Shown piece after piece: positions 1 through 6,139 of a stretch of 52,173 nt of DNA. Source of the stretch: an uncultured Pseudomonadales bacterium (GTDB lineage: Bacteria; Patescibacteriota; Microgenomatia; UBA1400; PJMF01). Within the stretch, counting starts at the first letter, position 1; each line of letters starts with the position of its first letter. Below the pieces are notes generated by a model. It was not told the DNA's origin. It saw only the letters and a program-made list of their open reading frames with translations, and did not search any database. Position numbers and translations under genes: made by a program. The stretch spans positions 1 to 52,173 of the forward strand of contig CAYQLH010000002.1 of assembly GCA_964418385.1 (NCBI GenBank), written 5' to 3'.

Positions 1-2
1 AG

Positions 3-446
3 TGTGACTACAACCACTGTACCGGTACCAACACAACTGGTAGTTACGTCACAGGTACCACTTGTACTTGCAATTCTGGTTATTTCTCCAACACTTCCGG
101 TGCTACCACGGTTTCCGGTCTTACCGCGGCGTGTTCTTTCCGCCGCTGTGGCAGCCACACCACTGCCAGTTACGCCCAAACTTGCGCTTGCGCGTCTGGT
201 TGGTACACCAGTTCTGGCTCTACCAGTCCCGGGACAGGGGACTGTAACTATAAAAAATGCGGTGCTAACACCGCCGCTACTTATTCTACTGCTTGTACTT
301 GTGCCTCAGGTTATTACGCCAACAATTCTGGCGGCACCAGTCCAGGTACGGGAGACTGCAATTACCGTAAGTGTGGAGACAACGCGACTGAGAGTTACTC
401 CACTGCTTGCAGTTGCGCCAGCGGTTACACAGGTGACGGGTTTACG
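3..446 (+). repeat. In-frame tandem repeats (4 modules of ~111-114 nt) encoding the Cys-rich module
   Basis: Module starts fall at nt 3, 132, 243 and 357 (all frame 3). The DNA-level similarity is visible, e.g. tgtaactataaaaaatgcggtgctaacacc vs tgcaattaccgtaagtgtggagacaacgcg. Confidence 0.7.
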
Positions 447-824
447 TGCACGGTGGCACATACCAACAACTGTGGCTGTACCAATGGCACTAAAACAACG
501 ATTGGCGGCATCAAATGGGGTCCAATATGTAGTAATACTTGCAACTGGGCCGATGCCAAAGAATCATGTCTCGCTGCAGGTGGTACTTTACCAACCAAAG
601 ATAAATTCTTAGATTTATTACAAGCTTTTGGCTGTACTCGGGCGGTGCAGACCTCTTGCTCCGCTCTTACTCCCTCTACTTGGGGTGGTTCCCATGCGAG
701 CTATTGGTCTTCTACCCCGTACGATGATAACCAGGCGCACTACTTGTACATGTACCTCAGCTACTCCCGCGTGAACACCTACATTAAGACGAGTAGCGGC
801 CTCTATGCGCGCTGCGTGTACTAA
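3..824 (+). CDS. Secreted/surface Cys-rich repeat protein with C-terminal DUF1566 (Lcl C-terminal, C-type-lectin-like) domain; 5' end lies outside the window
   Basis: Frame 3 is open from nt 3 to TAA 822-824; the ORF track shows only the M-started tail 453..824. Translation gives tandem ~37-aa modules (C-x2-[KR][KR]-C-G-x9-C-x-C-x-SGYY-x-N-SG-x-TSPGTGD). The tail reads ...NWADAKESCLAAGGTLPTKDKFLDLL...YWSSTPYDD...GLYARCVY, the pattern I recognise from DUF1566 proteins. Confidence 0.6.
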   Translation, partial: CDYNHCTGTNTTGSYVTGTTCTCNSGYFSNTSGATTVSGLTAACSFRRCGSHTTASYAQTCACASGWYTSSGSTSPGTGDCNYKKCGANTAATYSTACTCASGYYANNSGGTSPGTGDCNYRKCGDNATESYSTACSCASGYTGDGFTCTVAHTNNCGCTNGTKTTIGGIKWGPICSNTCNWADAKESCLAAGGTLPTKDKFLDLLQAFGCTRAVQTSCSALTPSTWGGSHASYWSSTPYDDNQAHYLYMYLSYSRVNTYIKTSSGLYARCVY

Positions 825-931
825 AGGTTTCTCTTGAAAGGAAGAAAATGAACCCAAAAGTGATCCAGATGCAGGAAAAACTGAAAAACTGCCGCAATAA
901 TTAATTTACTTTTCTTTATTTATTACTGTGT

Positions 932-961
932 GGAGAAACTCCCTCGAAAGAGGGAGTTTCT
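932..961 (+). terminator. Perfect 13-bp hairpin with GAAA loop downstream of the lectin-like gene
   Basis: GAGAAACTCCCTC (932-944), GAAA, GAGGGAGTTTCTC (949-961). No U-tract follows, so this is an atypical terminator or another kind of structured element. Confidence 0.4.
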
Positions 962-1004
962 CGCAGTGAAGCCGTAAAACGCAGAACGGGATAATAGGAA
1001 AATG

Positions 1005-1037
1005 GTGAGAAAATATGAGTGGCACTCATAAAAAATC
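1005..1037. repeat. 33-bp direct repeat, copy 1 (identical to 2331-2363), containing palindrome ATGAGTGGCACTCAT
   Basis: TGAGAAAATATGAGTGGCACTCATAAAAAATCA is identical at both sites, and the flanking bases differ. The palindrome is at 1014-1028. Confidence 0.9.
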
Positions 1038-1045
1038 AGTGACTT

Positions 1046-2308
1046 TTAAATATACTCGAGGGGGACGAGATAGGTTTGCTCGTCGATGGCTTGCAAACGA
1101 TCAGCAAGGCAGAGGATAATGCCTGGCTGGCGGCGATAAGGAAATTGATCCACCAGGTCAAAATGCTTGGCTGCTTTTTGGTCCGGATGAGTACTCTTTT
1201 TGATTTCCACGGGGTACATCTGCCCGTTGCGGACAATAAGCAAATCAATTTCCCGCTTAAGGGTGTCACGATAATAATACAAGTGCAACCGTGGATCAAA
1301 GCCGTTATTAGTCAAAGATTTAATCACTTGAGTCACCACATAAGTTTCAAAAATCGCGCCAATGTAGTTACTCAAGCCTAAAGCCCGCGGGTCAGCGTAA
1401 CCTGTTAGATAGCAAGCCAAACCGGTATCCATAAAATAAATTTTGGGCCGTTTGATCGCTCGGGAGACGTCGTTATTGTAGTATGGCTGGAGCAAATAAA
1501 TCAAATAAGTGTTTTTGAGAATTGATGTCCAGGCTTCCACAGTGAGTCTGTCAACTTCCACATCGCGGGCGATATCGGTGGGATTGTATTCTTGACCAGT
1601 ACGGGCCGCCAGACTACAGACAAACTGGAAAAATTTAGTTTCGTTTTTGATATTGGCAATATCGCGGACGTCGCGTTCCATATAAGTCCTGATGTATTCA
1701 GCAAAAAACCGCTCGCGATCCACGTGAGTGTTGGTATGTAGTTCTGGGAAACCTCCTTGAAGAAAACGCTCAAAAAGCGGTAAACCCGTGAGCGCTTTGG
1801 TGGGGCGACGGCGGCGAAGACGATTGATTTCTGGCCAAAACGGTTCTTCCTTGCCTTCCGAGAGCTCGCGATTACTCAAGGGATAAAGATCGAGAATTTC
1901 TATTCGTCCGGCGAGTGACTCGGAAACGTTTTTCATGGTTTGAAATGTCTGTGAACCAGTCAAATAAAACTGGCAAACTGGCTTATCAATACCGGCTCGC
2001 AAGCGTTGCCAGCGAAGTTGATCAATCTCAATTTTAAGATACGGCAAGATTTCAGGCACATATTGAAATTCATCGATAATCAACGGTCGGAGAAAATTTG
2101 TTAAAAACAGCTTGGGATCTTGGATAGCCTGGGCGCGCATGAGCGGATCGTCAAAACTGACATAATCAAACTTGTGACCTTTACTAGTAAGAAAATGCTG
2201 CAAAAGGGTGGATTTCCCAGATTGACGCGGACCAGTGACCATAATCACTGGCTGACTGCTAGTCAGACGTGCTAGTGTTTGCTCGAGTGTACGTAAAATA
2301 TATGTCAT
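1046..2308 (-). CDS. AAA+ ATPase of the COG1373 type (AAA_14 N-domain plus DUF4143 C-domain)
   Basis: Walker A is VTGPRQSGKSTLL and Walker B-like is LIIDEFQ. The C-terminal part (...FETYVVTQVIK...LYYYRD...EIDLLIV...VEIK) is typical of DUF4143 ATPases. Start moved to ATG 2308 (MTYILRTLEQ) because TGgTATAAT lies 7 nt upstream. Confidence 0.8.
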   Translation of the reverse strand: MTYILRTLEQTLARLTSSQPVIMVTGPRQSGKSTLLQHFLTSKGHKFDYVSFDDPLMRAQAIQDPKLFLTNFLRPLIIDEFQYVPEILPYLKIEIDQLRWQRLRAGIDKPVCQFYLTGSQTFQTMKNVSESLAGRIEILDLYPLSNRELSEGKEEPFWPEINRLRRRRPTKALTGLPLFERFLQGGFPELHTNTHVDRERFFAEYIRTYMERDVRDIANIKNETKFFQFVCSLAARTGQEYNPTDIARDVEVDRLTVEAWTSILKNTYLIYLLQPYYNNDVSRAIKRPKIYFMDTGLACYLTGYADPRALGLSNYIGAIFETYVVTQVIKSLTNNGFDPRLHLYYYRDTLKREIDLLIVRNGQMYPVEIKKSTHPDQKAAKHFDLVDQFPYRRQPGIILCLADRLQAIDEQTYLVPLEYI

Positions 2309-2330
2309 AGCGTGTATTATACCACATTTT

Positions 2331-2363
2331 TGAGAAAATATGAGTGGCACTCATAAAAAATCA
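2331..2363. repeat. 33-bp direct repeat, copy 2; overlaps the -35 region of the ATPase promoter
   Basis: Identical to 1005-1037. The palindrome at 2340-2354 sits just upstream of the extended -10 (ATTATA on plus strand, 2316-2321). Confidence 0.9.
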
Positions 2364-2433
2364 ACAGATTAACAAGTCACCAGGCGGTTACATACCTGCC
2401 ACCTTACTTTAAAGTGGGAGTTGTATGGTGGCG

Positions 2434-2750
2434 AGTTTTCCACCAAAGCGGTGAAAAAGAAAGTTAAAAGGTGAGTGGAAAAGCGGTGGAAAGCAGTGAA
2501 GAAAGTAAAAGAATTGTGAAAAACGTAAATTACAAATGAGATTGGTCACATTTTGGTGGGTAAGTTTTCCACTATGGTTGACGGGAGTTTTCCACGGGCG
2601 CAAGTGTCCAATTTTTGGAAGTGCAAAACATAAATATTTCCAAAACACCAATTATTTTTACAGATTACAAATCGTGCAGTTGCGAGTTTTCCACTAAGTT
2701 TTTCTTTTCTACTAATTACTACTAAATTAAAATAATATTTAGAGAGGAGT
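2434..2750. other. oriC: Candidate oriC: DnaA-box cluster plus AT-rich unwinding stretch, upstream of dnaN
   Basis: AGTTTTCCAC occurs at 2434-2443, 2563-2572, 2586-2595 and 2685-2694. Inverted copies GTGGAAAA (2475-2482) and GTGGAAAG (2486-2493) are also present. These match the TTWTNCACA-type box (TTTTCCAC). An AT-rich tract follows at 2695-2745 (tttcttttctactaattactactaaattaaaataatattt). Confidence 0.6.
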
Positions 2751-2751
2751 G

Positions 2752-2760
2752 TGGTATAAT
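2752..2760 (+). promoter_or_regulatory. Extended -10 (TGgTATAAT) of dnaN, 7 nt before the ATG (leaderless type)
   Basis: gtgTGgTATAATcgatgatATG; TATAAT at 2755-2760, ATG at 2768. Confidence 0.6.
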
Positions 2761-2767
2761 CGATGAT

Positions 2768-3883
2768 ATGAAGTTCACAGTCAAACAAGCCGAGCTGGCA
2801 AAAGCAGTAAAAGCGATCAATCGTTGTCTTTCAAGACGGCCGCATTTGCCGGTTTTGGGTGGGATCAATCTTGTTGCTAAAGAAGGAAAAGTTAGCTTGA
2901 CAACCACAGATACGAGTGTAGGTTTGCGAGTGAGTGTGGCGGCAGAAATTGAGCAAGAAGGTCAAACGGTAATCGTAGGTAAAAATTTTGTGGAAACAGT
3001 GGGATTTTTGGAAGGTGCAAAGACAGAGGTCACAACCGGAGAAAAAGAGGCAATAGTGTGCAGCGGGCGTGATAAAGTGAAGTTACCAATTTTAACGGAT
3101 GAATTTCCAGGTTTTGACGATAGTTTTGACGCTGATGGCTTGGTGAAAAAGAATCTTGATTTTTGGGCGAAGATTGTGAGCGACGTTGCTTTTGTGGCAA
3201 GTACAGACCAGAGTCGACCAGCTTTAACAGGAATTCTTTTAAAAACGACAGGCGAAAAAACACAAATTGTGTGCACTGATGGCTTTCGCTTGGCAATTTG
3301 GGAAACTGAGGAGAAAATCAATGATGACGATAACCTTGAAGTAATTGCGAGTGCCAAGGCGCTGGCAGATTTGGTGGCGGTGGCGGGCGTACTTGGTGAA
3401 ACCAAGGTAGGAATTTATCACAATGTGGCGGCAGAGCAACTGGTTTTTGTGGGCGAGCAGTTTGTCTTTTTTAGCAAACTGATAAATGCGAGTTATCCGC
3501 CGTTTGAGAAAATTGTGCCCCTTGATTTTGCAGTCCAGGCGCAGTTGGAACGGAGTGAAATGTTGAAAAACCTGGCTAAAGCAAGTGTTTTTACCAAAGT
3601 GGATAGTAATACTGTGAAATTACACTTGAGTGCGGAACAGCTGGAATACAACGCGGTGAGCCTGGGTGATGGGAGTTTTCAAAGTAGCCAGGAATTGGTA
3701 AAAAAAGACGGTGATGAGATAGAAATTGCATTTAATATTAAGTATTTGCAAGATTTTTTGAATACCTGTGAAGGAGCGACGGTATGGCTGGGTTGTAATA
3801 CGCCCACGACGCCGGCGATGTTGCGTGATCCGGGGGTGGCGGAGCGAAAATACGTAGTGATGCCGTTTAAGCCGAAAAATTAG
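2768..3883 (+). CDS. dnaN: DNA polymerase III beta sliding clamp
   Basis: 371-aa ORF reading MKFTVKQAELAKAVKAINRCLSRRPHLPVLGGINLVAKEGKVSLTTTDTSVGL...ALTGILLK...DGFRLA...MPFKP, the typical DnaN architecture and length. Confidence 0.95.
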   Translation: MKFTVKQAELAKAVKAINRCLSRRPHLPVLGGINLVAKEGKVSLTTTDTSVGLRVSVAAEIEQEGQTVIVGKNFVETVGFLEGAKTEVTTGEKEAIVCSGRDKVKLPILTDEFPGFDDSFDADGLVKKNLDFWAKIVSDVAFVASTDQSRPALTGILLKTTGEKTQIVCTDGFRLAIWETEEKINDDDNLEVIASAKALADLVAVAGVLGETKVGIYHNVAAEQLVFVGEQFVFFSKLINASYPPFEKIVPLDFAVQAQLERSEMLKNLAKASVFTKVDSNTVKLHLSAEQLEYNAVSLGDGSFQSSQELVKKDGDEIEIAFNIKYLQDFLNTCEGATVWLGCNTPTTPAMLRDPGVAERKYVVMPFKPKN

Positions 3884-3926
3884 CAAAAGTGTGGTATAAT
3901 ATCTCATCTGGATAAGAAAGGATGCG

Positions 3927-4076
3927 ATGAAAAGAACGTGGCAACCAAAAAAGAAAAAACGAATGCGCAAACATGGGTTTTTGAAACGGATGATGACGGC
4001 CAAAGGACGCCAGGTCTTGAAACGTCGCCGAGCAAAAGGTCGAGCGCGGTTGACAGTGGTACGCAAAGGTGTTTGA
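3927..4076 (+). CDS. rpmH: 50S ribosomal protein L34
   Basis: Not in the ORF track because it is under 60 aa. ATG 3927 to TGA 4074-4076 gives [51 protein letters not shown]-like GAAAGGA lies 6 nt upstream and TGgTATAAT is at 3886-3894. Confidence 0.9.
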   Translation: MKRTWQPKKKKRMRKHGFLKRMMTAKGRQVLKRRRAKGRARLTVVRKGV

Positions 4077-4370
4077 TTGGTGAAACAAGAAAAGACGGAA
4101 AATAGCGGGTCTGGTGTGAAATCAGGCTCGCTTTTGGCGATAAATGATTGTAAGCTGCTAAATAAAGCAGCGATTGCGCTGGCACGGAGTGTAGTCAAGG
4201 TGCATAAACGCTTGGCACCCTGGCGGCGAGCAATTTTGGTGAGTGTGTTTGGATTTTGTAGCGAGTGTAAACAGCGACCAACTTGTAGCGAATACTTATT
4301 GGAGCAAACGGAGAAAAGTGGCTGGCGAGGTCTAGCGCGAGGAATAAAGCGAATGCTTGCTTGTCATTAG
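4077..4370 (+). CDS. yidD: Membrane protein insertion efficiency factor YidD-like
   Basis: The C-terminal half, CKQRPTCSEYLLEQTEKSGWRGLARGIKRMLACH, matches the YidD motif C-R-x-x-P-[ST]-C-S-x-Y...R-x-x-R-C-H. Start is TTG immediately after the rpmH stop, so the exact start is uncertain. The N-terminal ~55 aa are unrelated to RnpA. Confidence 0.7.
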   Translation: MVKQEKTENSGSGVKSGSLLAINDCKLLNKAAIALARSVVKVHKRLAPWRRAILVSVFGFCSECKQRPTCSEYLLEQTEKSGWRGLARGIKRMLACH

Positions 4371-4390
4371 TTTTATTTTTTTTGATTATG

Positions 4391-4464
4391 TTTTTTATTT
4401 GTCAAAATTTGTTCATGTTTTCCAGATGTGCATGTAAAACATTTGTTAAACACGTGTTTAACAA
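4391..4464. repeat. Palindrome-containing intergenic element, copy 1 (related to 50729-50803 in inverse order)
   Basis: A perfect 22-bp palindrome TTGTTAAACACGTGTTTAACAA lies at 4443-4464. TGTCAAAATTTGTTC at 4400-4414 is the reverse complement of GAACAAATTTTGACA in copy 2. Located between convergent yidD and dnaA. Confidence 0.8.
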
Positions 4465-4482
4465 CAATTTATGTGAAGAGCT

Positions 4483-5979
4483 TTAATAAATGTTGCCAAA
4501 AATGGTGGCTTTGATAGCATTGATGTCCTCTTGGAGAGCGTTGTCGGTTTTGAGGTGATCGTTAATTTTGGCGACAGCATGCATGACGCTGGTATGATCC
4601 CGATTGGAAAAAAGCTGACCGATTTCAGCATAGCTGAGAGAAAGGAGTGACTTGAGTAAAAACATGGCAACATGGCGAGCGAGGGCGATTTCTTTTTGGC
4701 GGCGAGTGCCGATAAGGACGGCTTGCTTGAGGGAATAATGATTGGCAACAGCTTGAATGATTTCTTTGGGATGAAGTTGGCGATGAGAGTATTCTTGTTG
4801 TTGCGTCTCGGCGAGGATACTGGTGACAAGTGTTTGGTCAATGAGTTTGCCGGAAAGCTCGTGTTCGCTTTTGAGGCGCATGACGATGCCTTCGAGTTTG
4901 CGGGCAGAATCAATGCGGGCGGCGATCATTTGAGCAAGTTCGATGGGAAGCTCAAGACCAGAACTTTTAGCCTTGGCGAGAAGAATGGCAGAGCGGAGCT
5001 CGAAAGACGGTTGCTGAATGTCGATTTTGAGGCCGGCTTCAAAGCGAGAGCGAAGACGATCTTCGAGGAGAGCGATTTCGTGCGGAGGACGATCTGAGGT
5101 CATGACAATTTGGTGATTTTGCTTGACAAGCGCGTTGAAAGTGTGGAAAAACTCTTCCTGAACAGCGTTTTTACCAGCGATAAACTGGATATCGTCGATC
5201 AAAAGGACGTCGCAAGTACGATATTTGTCTTTAAAATTGAGCGCTTGCTTGTTTTGGATGGCGCGGATGATAGAATTGGTAAATTCTTCGCCGGTGCAGT
5301 AAATAATTGTGGTTTCTGGGCGGGAGCGAAGAATATAGTTGCCGATGGATTGCATGAGGTGGGTTTTACCGACGCCTACAGAGCCGTAAAGGAAAAGTGG
5401 ATTGTAGCTCACGCCTGGGTTTTTGGCGACGGATAAAGCGGCAACGTGCGCCATTTCGTTGGAGCTAGAGATAGCAAAAGTATCAAAAGTGAAATCTGGG
5501 CGTAAACCGATGTTTTTGGCAATGGTGGCGGCGCGAGAAACGAGAGTGTCGCGGACGGTGTGAGAAGAAAAAAGACCGTCGGCATACTCGACAGTGGGGG
5601 GTGGGGTGGTGGGGAGATTGGCAACGGTTTGAGTGGTGTCTGGAGTAGGCGTTGTTTTGGTAGTAACTACAGTGGGAGCAGGGGTGGGAAGATTAAAAAT
5701 AAATTTGAGCTCTACAGGGCGGCCGAGTTTAGCGGCAAGTGCATTTTTGGTGTGTGATCCAAGGTTTTTTTCAAATTGAAGAGCGTTAAAGGAAGACGGA
5801 CACAAAAAAACACAAAGCCATTGAGTACCGTTGGCGTAATCGTCTATTTGATGAAGACTGCAAGTTTTCCCCCATGCATCAACTAAAAGTGGCGAAACAG
5901 TGGTGGCAAGTTCGGTGCATGTTTCTTGCCAGAGGGTTTGAAGTGAACCAGCATCGAGTGCGAGCGATTGTGATGACAT
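4483..5979 (-). CDS. dnaA: Chromosomal replication initiator protein DnaA
   Basis: Walker A is LYGSVGVGKTHLMQSIGN, Walker B is LLIDDIQF, sensor region is MTSDRPP, and the C-terminal DNA-binding helix is RDHTSVMHA. Start set to ATG 5979 (MSSQSLALD...) on promoter geometry. A T/P-rich linker separates domains I and III. Confidence 0.95.
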   Translation of the reverse strand: MSSQSLALDAGSLQTLWQETCTELATTVSPLLVDAWGKTCSLHQIDDYANGTQWLCVFLCPSSFNALQFEKNLGSHTKNALAAKLGRPVELKFIFNLPTPAPTVVTTKTTPTPDTTQTVANLPTTPPPTVEYADGLFSSHTVRDTLVSRAATIAKNIGLRPDFTFDTFAISSSNEMAHVAALSVAKNPGVSYNPLFLYGSVGVGKTHLMQSIGNYILRSRPETTIIYCTGEEFTNSIIRAIQNKQALNFKDKYRTCDVLLIDDIQFIAGKNAVQEEFFHTFNALVKQNHQIVMTSDRPPHEIALLEDRLRSRFEAGLKIDIQQPSFELRSAILLAKAKSSGLELPIELAQMIAARIDSARKLEGIVMRLKSEHELSGKLIDQTLVTSILAETQQQEYSHRQLHPKEIIQAVANHYSLKQAVLIGTRRQKEIALARHVAMFLLKSLLSLSYAEIGQLFSNRDHTSVMHAVAKINDHLKTDNALQEDINAIKATIFGNIY

Positions 5980-5986
5980 GAATAAA

Positions 5987-6015
5987 GTTTTACACTGAGT
6001 TTTCCACAATGTCAA
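5987..6015 (-). promoter_or_regulatory. dnaA promoter with a DnaA box inside the spacer
   Basis: Minus strand reads TTGACA (6015-6010), a 17-nt spacer, TAAAAC (5992-5987), 7 nt, then ATG 5979. The spacer contains TGTGGAAAACT, seen as AGTTTTCCACA at 5998-6008 on the plus strand. This layout is classic for autoregulation. Confidence 0.55.
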
Positions 6016-6139
6016 GATGGAATTTTGAGGCACGATTTTGATAAATGTAGGCAAAAAATAATTGATATAGCGTTAAAATTTGATAACTAGAAAAGAAATG
6101 GCGCTATAATGTCGCGGCAAATGCGGGAATTAAATGACT

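Noticed and set aside
4-612. 202-aa ORF (frame 1) and 61-aa ORF at 62..247 (frame 2) at the window start
   Set aside because: These are alternative frames of the Cys-rich repeat gene, and their products are low-complexity P/V/L/T strings. Frame 3 is open across the whole region. It yields a coherent Cys-repeat plus DUF1566 protein.
4443-4464. Interpreting the 22-bp palindrome as a canonical parS or as a dif site
   Set aside because: Only the central CACGTG matches parS (TGTTNCACGTGAAACA); the arms are AAA/TTT-swapped, and copy 2 has CAAGTG. A dif site would not be expected next to dnaA, and the XerCD arm/spacer layout is not met. I keep it as an unknown palindromic element.
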